NCBI GenBank assembly: GCA_032128875.1
Contig: JAVLKG010000010.1
Span: 128,001-192,000 of the forward strand
Reading direction: 5' to 3'
DNA: 64,000 nt
From: Candidatus Melainabacteria bacterium 17Bon1m
GTDB lineage: Bacteria > Cyanobacteriota > Vampirovibrionia > Obscuribacterales > Obscuribacteraceae
In this document: positions 38,601 through 47,100 of the stretch, in pieces
How positions within the stretch are numbered: the stretch's first letter is position 1
Layout of the letters: the number at the start of each line of letters is the position of its first letter
The notes under the pieces: model-generated
Database searches by the model: none
Seen by the model: only the letters and a program-made list of their open reading frames with translations
Told to the model about the DNA's origin: nothing
Program-made: the position numbers and the translations under genes

Positions 38601-40117
38601 CATCAGGCAAATTGAATATCATGGCGAAGCAAGAATACATTCCTTCGCAGTACAAAGCTCAGCACAATAAGATGATGCGCGAATGGTCCAAGCCCTATAA
38701 GAAAGGCGCCATGCCGCTCGGCACGCGTGTTGAGTGGAGATTCTGGAAGCCCTGGGTGCCCAGAGTTATGGCGATGCCGCCTGAGTCGCGAACCAACAAC
38801 CCACACATGATCGTGATGGGCGGCTCAGACAAAGGTAAGTCGCGTTTGCTGGCAAACATGATTTGCCACGATATCGAATCAAATGATCGCGCCGTCGTTG
38901 TAATAGACTCCGACGGAGAGCTCATCGATCTGGTCACAAACTGGACGGCTGCGCATGTAAAAGGCAAAGAATTAGCCAAGAGAATTGTCATTGTAGACCC
39001 GACCTATCGCGGCGGCTCAATGTCCTACAACCCGCTCGAACCGCTGGAAGACGTCAATTTCATCGACGCTGCTTCTGCCATTGTCCACGGTTTCAAAGCC
39101 ATTTACACCGAACCACCAGGCTCTCAAAGTCAGTGGAACCAACAAACTGCAAACATTTTGAGAAACGCAGCCATCTTGCTGATGGCTAACAATAAGACCC
39201 TTATCGACTTGCCAACACTTCTGCAAGACAACGATTTTAGAGACATCCTTTTAGAAGGCATTGAGAAGAAGAAGAAAGAACGCACCGAGTATTCGACTCT
39301 CATCGAAACATGGGGTCAATACAAACGATTGGCAAGAACAGATCAGTGGATCAACTGGGTAGAACCGATTCTCAACAGAGTCACGCCAATGCTCAGCGAT
39401 CCGCGCATCAGACCAATTCTCACCAAGCCGGTCGGCGACCTGCGACTGAAAGATTTGATCACAAGCAAGCAAGTGTTACTGGTCAGAATTCCTCAAGGAC
39501 AACTCGACCAGAACGCCAATCTTTTGGGCTCGCTACTTGTCACTGGTCTCAAGCAAGCGGCTTTAGGCTTGTCAGTTCACGACGAAAGCAAGCAACAACC
39601 ATGCGCTCTCTACCTCGATGAAATGAACAACTTCATTGAAAAAGAAACCATCGAAGCGCTGACGCAAGAAACCGACAAGTTCAAGATTGGCTTTGTCGGC
39701 TGCTGCAAGACGCTACAGCATTTACCGGAGGACTTCAGGAACCAAATCATCATCAACGTCGGCACGGTCTGCGCATTCGCCCTGGCGAAGAAGGACGGAG
39801 ACTTGCTTGGTCCGCAGATGTTCCGCGTTGACGGCAGAAAGGTAAAACACAGAACAATTCAAAACTTCTTCAACCAGGTCAACACCTCGCCTCAGTTCGA
39901 GCTAATTTCCGACGAAGAAAAGCTCAATATCGACAGAGTCGTAGGTCAAGAGACACGAGACTTCTTCTGCTACAGGGTAGGGACGGTCGCCGGCACATTC
40001 AGCCTGAAGACCCACGAGTTTGCAGACCCACCCAAGGCGAAAATAAAATCGAAGCTCATCGAGATGATGCATACCGGCTCTGGATCCAGCACCAACAAGA
40101 AACCGGACGTCGCCTAA
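35645..40117 (+). CDS. Membrane-anchored VirD4/TraD(TrwB)-like P-loop protein with N-terminal Zn ribbon and long disordered region
   Basis: CQTCG..CQSCG, about 700 aa low complexity, two TM helices, then HMIVMGGSDKGKS (Walker A), VVVIDSDGE, YNPLE, LYLDEMNNF (Walker B). Confidence 0.8.
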   Translation: MEILICQTCGLLLRGEIKSCQSCGTPASKYSATALPIMSNTSAPLAVAVDPDPLVLERVVTARRLGTYKLKEANGYGNGHNGENGHGNGNGNGNGNGDHTGNGHNGENGGSVAPASMNPSSSQTGLAALSLGFMSGRKTQPTGPLFADNPWGEAETAAPPTTPDPASAGVPPAISSGQFDPISQANQSAPVQDPTGSAPAALPSDPAQGTSPWLTPASQTPFSPNLDPFSSGAQAAQNMFLGTPDAGQDTTQFGGLAPAPTPLGFDPMSPMGGFDPTSPVGGVAPTSANGGFDPMSPMGGFDPAAPVTSIPEAAPQMMPAPLSDKPVDPFAFDSQSSSSPAGNGFFDPPQSAMNPDLVEGPAGLNSDVSSAYAVAPVAHDPGFDIVTPIQAVPVGTTSGDNTTAIGTALQPVAEAAPGNAESGGDPVAGAPQADSQGGFGAGQTAAIAAAAAIAGAAAGAAVTNAIHNRAANTVGGDFFDTGAPATRNDDNASVGSTSTTSADPIGSSSSMDPADSVGEEAAFDPFAPAASKPATGFPTGPADDFFSAAPIGRPKRDDGSVDDNNDSADAFNFDSGRKTRNDDNGFPDESKNRGRRDESSKIGDSDDGRPKIARPRGFAPNKDNKDASKSQEKEDKTEKADKAENQDDDFFAGRKNKKNSDDDLDDEDSKKETPPPRKSFSGGSSTIKRPGAKKREVVKEKSKKGKNKDEDNDDLDDDENLPFLEREISLGGMTVSNKSAIILGTICAFMTVVVFNTFCTFCTYLAGSMPKNGAAQGGLLGGLGGQKAVDISGIYNVYYKTPMEKNGNSFKMQLGQQGTQIYGRGEDVGGPWILQGNLVAPNGIVFRKFYLRDGKPFGKGIEYKGMVGVTEIGRPYMQGQLAYETKMGKFWRATIAQVTGNWRAVQTVSGAVLANSGQAPPPMPTVASSPMSPMGGMGGGNNPLALLQPNDTHNRGDMSAFFLKVAFGLIGIGVLLAMGALFIFGPSGKLNIMAKQEYIPSQYKAQHNKMMREWSKPYKKGAMPLGTRVEWRFWKPWVPRVMAMPPESRTNNPHMIVMGGSDKGKSRLLANMICHDIESNDRAVVVIDSDGELIDLVTNWTAAHVKGKELAKRIVIVDPTYRGGSMSYNPLEPLEDVNFIDAASAIVHGFKAIYTEPPGSQSQWNQQTANILRNAAILLMANNKTLIDLPTLLQDNDFRDILLEGIEKKKKERTEYSTLIETWGQYKRLARTDQWINWVEPILNRVTPMLSDPRIRPILTKPVGDLRLKDLITSKQVLLVRIPQGQLDQNANLLGSLLVTGLKQAALGLSVHDESKQQPCALYLDEMNNFIEKETIEALTQETDKFKIGFVGCCKTLQHLPEDFRNQIIINVGTVCAFALAKKDGDLLGPQMFRVDGRKVKHRTIQNFFNQVNTSPQFELISDEEKLNIDRVVGQETRDFFCYRVGTVAGTFSLKTHEFADPPKAKIKSKLIEMMHTGSGSSTNKKPDVA

Positions 40118-40327
40118 TAAGCTTTCGTGTCGAGCGCCTGGAGCATCTTGAAAGCGCCAGTACTTCCTATAAGTACTAAATTTCGACCTTTCAGGGCATG
40201 AATCAAATAAGCGGAAATCTGTCTTCGCGGCTCTTTCAGCCGTAGAAAGGCTACTTAAATGAGTATAATCAGGGTCAGCAGCTTTGCCGCTCTGACTGAT
40301 AAGTAAGGGAAACCCAGGACAAGCATC

Positions 40328-43300
40328 ATGGATGAAGGTCCACGCAATATATGGGAAGAGAAAATCGCCGACCTCAGGCGATATGACCTCGACGCGCTTG
40401 AATTAGACCCAGTATCGGGTGCCGACGTAGTCAGCTGGCCGGTTCCGGGGCTGACCTTCGTCCGCGTAGACGGTATCTTGCGCTCTTGGGATATCGAGGG
40501 GGAAAAGCAGCAGGCAAAACAGCAGCCGCAGCAAAACCAAGACCCCAACCAGGGTCCAAAGCGCATGTATTTGATGGAAGACGCGCTAACCGGTATGCAC
40601 AGTCAAAAAGCATATCTGGCTTTTTTGGTGCTCGGTGACAAAACCGGCGTTCAATATTACATGGGAGCATCCATCGCCAATCCCGGTGATCCTGGCGACG
40701 GCGGTGACAGCAGCACCATTTCCTTCAATACGCTGAAATCAATTTTGCACAGTGTCTATAACGGAGTCGACACCTACAAAGATCCATTTACGCTCGATCA
40801 GATGAAAGCGATGGTGGCACCGCTCGCCACGCATACTGGCATTATCACAGGCATCCCGGCGTTGAAGTCCACCGCCGGCGATACCATGGAGTCCGAACAA
40901 ATCGAACGTCTAGCCAGCGGTTTGCAAGGCAAAGACTTCGGCATGATGGTGCTGGCAGCACCGATTCCAAAAGCATATGTAACCAAAGAAGAGTTTCACG
41001 TCGTCGATCAAATTCAGCGTGCGCAAGAAAACGAAGACCCTGAAAAGAAACGACGCATCAAGTATTATCTCGAACTTCAAGATGCCTATCTAAAACACAT
41101 TCAGTTAGGTACGGCAATTGGAAGCTGGCAAGTCGGCACCTATTTCTTCGCGCCGGATCGCTCAGTTTTTGCTCGACTGCAATCTTTGATTCAAGCCACT
41201 TACGTAGATGAAACGAGCAGACCAACACCTCTGCGCACGCATGAAATCAAAGGTTTGCGTGAGCACGTAGCTCAATTCGGTTTGGTGAAAAACCAGAGAT
41301 CTGGCGAATCGTTCCAAACGTTGCTTGGATATCGTTTTCTCACTCCTCTCAATTCGCGTCTTCTTTCGGCTTACATCCATTTGCCAAAACGTGAGATGCC
41401 CGGCTTCCGCATCAAGCGCTCTGCGGAGTTTTCTCTTGCCAATATTCCACCCAAAGATCCGGTGCGCATCATAGCCATCGGCAACATCCTAGACCGCGGT
41501 GTAGATACGGGCAACCTTTATTACATCGACGTAGACGCGATGCAAAAGCACACCATCGTCTGCGGGGTAACCGGCGGCGGTAAAACCAACACTTGCTTCT
41601 ATCTGCTTGGGCAGTTGTGGAAGTTCAAGATTCCATTTATGGTTTGCGAACCGGCGAAATCAGAATATCGGCACATGATGCTGATGTCGGAAACATTCAA
41701 AGGCGTCGGTCAAGCATTCTCGTTGGGCGACGAAACAGTGTCGCCATTCCGACTAAATCCGTTTGAAATCATGAAAGGCGTGAAAGTACAGACACACCTT
41801 GACGCACTAAAGTCAGTATTTAACGCCAGTTTTGAAATGTACTCACCAATGCCTCAGGTATTGGAAAAAGCGCTCAACTCGATTTACTCTGTTCGGGGTT
41901 GGGACTTGGTGCAAAACAAATGCAGAAGATTGCCTCCGGGAGTCAATCTCGGCGATCCTGATTGTCCGCCGGAAATCTATCCTACCATGAAGGATCTCTA
42001 CGAAATTATCGAACCTATTACAGAATCGTTCGGATATTCGGAAAGAATCGGACCCGACGTACAAGCTGCGCTAAAAGCCAGAATCGGATCTTTGCTGATC
42101 GGCGGCAAGGGGCAAATGCTCAACACTCGCCGTTCTATCCCCATGTCCACGCTCTTCGGAAAACCAACCGTAATTGAGTTGAAGATGGTTTCTGAAGATA
42201 GCGAAAAATCATTCTTGATGGGAATGATCATGGTTTTCCTTTATGAATACCGCGAAGCATTAGGACCGCACGACAACTTGCAACACGTCATGCTCATTGA
42301 AGAGGCTCACCGTCTCTTGAAGAACGTGCCAACAGCGCAGTCCGGCGAATCAGCCAACCCTGCCGGTAAAGCGGTTGAATTCTTCACCAACATGCTGGCA
42401 GAAATTCGTTCTTACGGTCAGGGATTCATCATCGCGGACCAAATTCCGAACAAGTTGGCTCCGGAAGCATTGAAGAACACGAACTTGAAGATCATGCACC
42501 GTATTGTGGCGGTCGACGACCGAGACTCCATGGGCGGCGCGATGAACCTCGATGACATTCAAAAGAGGCACGTAACAGCGCTCGGACAGGGGCGTGCCAT
42601 TGTGTATGCCGAAAAGATGGAACAGCCTTATCACCTGGCCATCATGTTCGACAAAACAAAAGAAGTGCCACCACCCGAGACACCAGAAGAGTCCGATCAA
42701 ATCGTGCGCGATGCGATGAAAGGTCTGGATATCGTAGCTACTTTCGACAGGCATTTAGGTTGTAAATTCTGCTTGCACAGATGCGACTCGAATATTCTTG
42801 ATACAGCTCAAATGGTGGCAGATGACACGCTTTTCAGGCAAGTGTACAATCGCTATTTGCTTTCCACCCTCAAAGACTTGACGCAGTTAGTTCACTTCCG
42901 CGCACAAATCATCCACGAAATCCAACGGGTTATCGGGGGAAGAGCGCGTTCTGGCAACATAACCGGCATCACGTGGTGTGCACTCACCCAGGCAACCGAG
43001 CGTTATTTCGAAAGAAAAGGAGAGGAGAACTACTGGTTCTACGATCAGGTAAAAGAACAACATCTGCGTTGGCTCAACCTTCTAAGACCGGCATTCCAGC
43101 CCACCGAAGTGAACAGAAGATTGGACATCGCGGTCCTTCGACAGTGGCGTGACGACTTCCTTGAATTGCACAAACGCGACCAGGGTCCGCTCCCCACTTG
43201 CGGTCCCTGCACATCGAAGTGCTTGTATCGCTTCGAAGTTTCCGAAGTTGTCAGAGATCCGAAAATCAAGTTCGACTTCAACTCATCAATCAACAGAAAA

Positions 43301-43519
43301 GACACTCCGGCATCTGACTCTGCAGCTTGGTTCTGCCGGTTGCTGACAGAACGTCTGATTGGTCAAGGTGATGTTGACCTCGCCTACTGTCTTGCTGTTC
43401 ACCTGATCAAAGACCAGCAGCTTTCCACAGACGCTCAGTTGGTACTGCTACACAAAGTTCGCACCGCCCTCGAAAACTTCCAGAACGAGGCCGAGGCGGA
43501 GCAGCAGCAAAATGCCTGA
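40328..43519 (+). CDS. HerA/FtsK-superfamily (DUF87-like) ATPase
   Basis: KHTIVCGVTGGGKT, EPAKSEY, LNPFE, LIEEAHRL, AEIRSYG, IIADQIP, KNTNLKIMHR. Confidence 0.88.
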   Translation: MDEGPRNIWEEKIADLRRYDLDALELDPVSGADVVSWPVPGLTFVRVDGILRSWDIEGEKQQAKQQPQQNQDPNQGPKRMYLMEDALTGMHSQKAYLAFLVLGDKTGVQYYMGASIANPGDPGDGGDSSTISFNTLKSILHSVYNGVDTYKDPFTLDQMKAMVAPLATHTGIITGIPALKSTAGDTMESEQIERLASGLQGKDFGMMVLAAPIPKAYVTKEEFHVVDQIQRAQENEDPEKKRRIKYYLELQDAYLKHIQLGTAIGSWQVGTYFFAPDRSVFARLQSLIQATYVDETSRPTPLRTHEIKGLREHVAQFGLVKNQRSGESFQTLLGYRFLTPLNSRLLSAYIHLPKREMPGFRIKRSAEFSLANIPPKDPVRIIAIGNILDRGVDTGNLYYIDVDAMQKHTIVCGVTGGGKTNTCFYLLGQLWKFKIPFMVCEPAKSEYRHMMLMSETFKGVGQAFSLGDETVSPFRLNPFEIMKGVKVQTHLDALKSVFNASFEMYSPMPQVLEKALNSIYSVRGWDLVQNKCRRLPPGVNLGDPDCPPEIYPTMKDLYEIIEPITESFGYSERIGPDVQAALKARIGSLLIGGKGQMLNTRRSIPMSTLFGKPTVIELKMVSEDSEKSFLMGMIMVFLYEYREALGPHDNLQHVMLIEEAHRLLKNVPTAQSGESANPAGKAVEFFTNMLAEIRSYGQGFIIADQIPNKLAPEALKNTNLKIMHRIVAVDDRDSMGGAMNLDDIQKRHVTALGQGRAIVYAEKMEQPYHLAIMFDKTKEVPPPETPEESDQIVRDAMKGLDIVATFDRHLGCKFCLHRCDSNILDTAQMVADDTLFRQVYNRYLLSTLKDLTQLVHFRAQIIHEIQRVIGGRARSGNITGITWCALTQATERYFERKGEENYWFYDQVKEQHLRWLNLLRPAFQPTEVNRRLDIAVLRQWRDDFLELHKRDQGPLPTCGPCTSKCLYRFEVSEVVRDPKIKFDFNSSINRKDTPASDSAAWFCRLLTERLIGQGDVDLAYCLAVHLIKDQQLSTDAQLVLLHKVRTALENFQNEAEAEQQQNA

Positions 43520-44075
43520 CGAAAAGAATCAAAGAGACTTCACGCCACCGCCATCGTCGGGAACACCCCCGGCGCAACAAGACCCTCAAGGTGTTCAGGC
43601 CAATCAGGCACTTCCTCCCGATCAACTTCCATTAGTCGATGAACTAGGCATCGTGGATGTTGATGATCCGCTTGCCGGCGGGCGTGGCCGACTCTTTTCT
43701 GCTGCCGGTCGTTTTTCACCACTCATTGAATTCACTGACAAGCATGTAATTATGCATCCTCCGCAGTTACCGTTTTCAGAAGATGGTCCGGCAGAAGAAA
43801 TTGTCATGAAAGTCGATGAACGCGGCGTTTTGCTCGACGAGCTAGGTGTCGCAAAACACGTTGCCGGCGCGAGATTCAATGGTGAAGTACTTTGGTATCT
43901 CGGTGAACAATTGCCTGGCACAACGAAGTACTTGGTGTGCTGGTTCGACAAACAAGGCAAAGCGCACAAACTCTATGTCAATGAAGAACCGCTTACCGTC
44001 GACGTTGTATTCAGACTGAGAAACAAGACTCACGACGGCGAGCTTTCATTTTTCGCAGATGTGACGACGGACTAA
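43512..44075 (+). CDS. Hypothetical protein translationally coupled to the ATPase
   Basis: 187 aa; start overlaps the ATPase stop by 8 nt; beta-rich C-terminal two thirds. Confidence 0.75.
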   Translation: MPDEKNQRDFTPPPSSGTPPAQQDPQGVQANQALPPDQLPLVDELGIVDVDDPLAGGRGRLFSAAGRFSPLIEFTDKHVIMHPPQLPFSEDGPAEEIVMKVDERGVLLDELGVAKHVAGARFNGEVLWYLGEQLPGTTKYLVCWFDKQGKAHKLYVNEEPLTVDVVFRLRNKTHDGELSFFADVTTD

Positions 44076-44081
44076 AGCGTC

Positions 44082-44169
44082 GGGGTGCGTTGCACGCGCC
44101 CATTTTGCAGGGTTGACTCCACGCGCCGACCGTTTCTACTTATGCAGTCGACTCATGGCGTCGACCCTA
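44082..44169. repeat. Cluster of REP-like palindromes between convergent genes
   Basis: GGGGTGCGTTGCACGCGCCC, GGTTGACTCCACGCGCCGACC, GTCGACTCATGGCGTCGACCCTA. Confidence 0.6.
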
Positions 44170-44178
44170 ACATTAATC

Positions 44179-47100
44179 CTAAGCAGTTAAGCGCTTACCA
44201 GCGAGGAACTTACGGCAGTACTCTTGCCAGTTGGATTGCAAGTCGTTGTGAATAAGCTCTTGTGCAGCCGATGCAGGCAGATCGATTGGCATTGTTCTTT
44301 GCTTGCCGTCGGATGCAAACTCGTGGCGAACTGAAGTGTTTTCGTTGATCTCGTACGAGAGAATCGGAATCCAAACTTCTCCAGTCAGTACTTCAAGTTG
44401 AGTACGGATGCTGTTGCCGTCCGGCGATGTCGATTCGACAACGCGGCAATTCTCGCCGAGTTTTTCAATCAAGCTATTGAGGATTGTCTCTTCAACCCAC
44501 TTACGTTCAACAGGATCAAGATTTTCAGAAAGTACGTTGAACGAGTTGGCTTTGCCGCCCGTGACGACAGTATTATCGTCATCACCACCGTCCAGTGAAA
44601 TGGTGGACGCTTCACTGACATCTTCCTGAACAATACGAGGAACAGGCACAGCAGATGTAATGGTTGCCGTCTTCGTTGAGGCAGCAATGAGTGGTTGGTT
44701 CACAACTTCAACATCAACTTCTTTACCGATTCCATTGAACGAATATGTGCAACCGGGGCAACTGCTTGCTTCGGTTGTGGTCAGGCGATGGCATTGCGGG
44801 CACTGACGGCTGGCGGTTTCGAACTTGGAAGAACTCCAGCTTGTGATGCTTTCGCCTCTCATGCGATCGCGGTATTGGGCAATTTCTTCAGTCGTCGGCA
44901 GGACGATTTGTGTACCGCGTCGCAATGCAGCGGTCGGAACGCCCTTATGGTCCGTCGTCGTCGGCAAGCCGTTCTTCTCTGCCAGCAATTTCCAGAGAGT
45001 GACATCACCCAATTGCGGGTGCTTCATGGCGACGGAGCGCAGCGTATCACCCAGTCTGACGTTGTACTTCTGACTTGCGGTGTCGACAGCGTTGCCGATC
45101 TTGCCCAGCAATTTCTCAACATTGGCTCTGCGCTGATCGGCAGCAGCCTTGGCGTCGATAGAAACAACATTCTCGCCGGACGAATCTTGCGCAGTGAAGA
45201 GTTCCAATCGTTGTTGTTGACGGAATTCCCTGATTTGTCGGGGGCTCGGCAGAGTAAGGACGATGCCTTCTTTGACGACGTAAACTTTCTTGCCGTTGAC
45301 CATCTTGATCTCGATCTTGTCCTTGTTGATTTGATAAATCAAATCGGCAAGTTTTGGATCGCGCAGACGCTTGGCTGCAATCGACTCGATGGTATCGTTC
45401 GGGCGCACCAGGTATTTGGTTTGCTTGTTGTCCTGACGAACCTGTTCTTCTTTCTTCTGTTGTTCGGCCCAGAACGCATCCTGACGCGCCTTGGTGATAG
45501 CGTCGTTTTCGCGACGGTTTGCAAGCGCAGTAAGCATCGTGTCTGTGAGCTTTTTCGAATTCTCTTCGTCTTTCTCTTTCTTCTCGCGCTCGGCTTCATC
45601 GCGTTGCTTGTAGCCCTCCATCTCTTTCTCTTTGAGATCGGCAATGAGCTCGGCGTGGCGCCTGTAAGTATCGTCTTCGCGTTCTTTCGATTCGCGAATG
45701 TCTTCCGCGATATCGGCATACTTGCGATCTTCGGCTTGAACAGCTTCTTTGTAGTCGGTTTGACGTTCATCAGAGAGATGCTGGATGAGCGCATTAATAG
45801 CCGACTGCGTTTCCTGAGCCATTGCGATCGCTTCGGCATGGGAAACTTGGCTATTTTGATCGTTCTCGAAGCCTCGACCTTTCAGCCCCTCTGCACCGTC
45901 GTAATGAACGACATCTTGGTGCTCTCTGACGCGATTTTCGTAATCGCTAAGCAGGCTGCCTGAACTGTCCTTCGGATCTTCCTTCTCGTCAATGATGATC
46001 GGCTTGGGCTCAGCCTTCGGTTCAGCGTGTTCGGGGCGCATCGGCTCGAAATTGACATCGAGTTTGTTGGCGATGTCTTCCGGCTCTTCTTGCTTTTGCG
46101 CAGCAATCGGATTTTGCTGCGGCTGTTGTTGATGTGTTTGTTGAACAGGATTGAGCGGATCGCTTCCTGCCGCAGGAGCCGGTGCGGAAGGCGTGCTCGA
46201 AGTCGGCGCAACTGGCTCGAACGGCAAAGGAGGTGTCGGCTGCGGAGTGAAGTTGCCCGGAGCGTTCGGGTTCGGAACACTCGGGACATATGGATCGTTA
46301 ATCGGAGTGTTCGGATATCCGCCCGGGTTCAGTGGATCGCCATAGTTCACAGGAGGCTGCGTAGGCGTTCCATAATTAGGCACCGTGCCGACATAAGGGT
46401 CGGTCATAGGTGGCGTGATTGGCGGCGTTATAGGCACCTGTGTTCCACTATAGATCTGTCCACTATCGACAGGCGGAACGAAAGCCGGCGTGCTGCTATT
46501 GCCACCATATACGAGGCGAGAACCGTCGTCATTGTAAATGACGTTGGTACCGTCGGGAGTGACAGTCCTTACAATCTGGCCAATCGGGTCATACCAATGC
46601 TCTGCACCATAGGGGTCGACATAAGAACCGCTGTTAGTCGGGACAATGCCAGTGTTTGTCTGCTGTGGTGGCTGGTATTCAGGCGTGTAAGGATTCGGCT
46701 GAACCACCGGCACAGAGGTGGTGGGGGTTCCGCCACCAAAATCAATTCGTACAGGACCAAGACCAACGTGTACAGTCGGATCGCCGGTGTAAGGGTTGAT
46801 GCCGATGCCTACATTAACGTCGCCGTTGCCGATATTGATCGGGTATTGCGGTTGTTGCGTTTGTTGTGAACCATCGTAATTGGTCGGATACTGCACTCCA
46901 GTGGCGGGTACAGTTGTGAATGGGTCCGTCGTTGATGGTGCTTGCCCAGACTGCGTCTGAGTGGGCTGCTGTTGGGTACCTCCATTGGTCCCTGCGGCTG
47001 GTTGAACCTCCACAGTGCCAGTGCTTTGTGCCGGTGGCAGCAGATGTCCGTCGAGATCGGTCCACAGAACACTACCATTACCAGATGGCACGTTGGTAGC

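Noticed and set aside
35645-44075. Integrative conjugative element or HerA anti-phage system
   Set aside because: No integrase, relaxase, att sites, VirB core, or nuclease/Sir2 partner seen in the window. Not excluded genome-wide.
46560-46640. DPYG/DPIG as an Rhs autoproteolysis site in the giant protein
   Set aside because: Lacks the YxYxxNNPxxxxDPxG context and lies far from the YD-like repeats.
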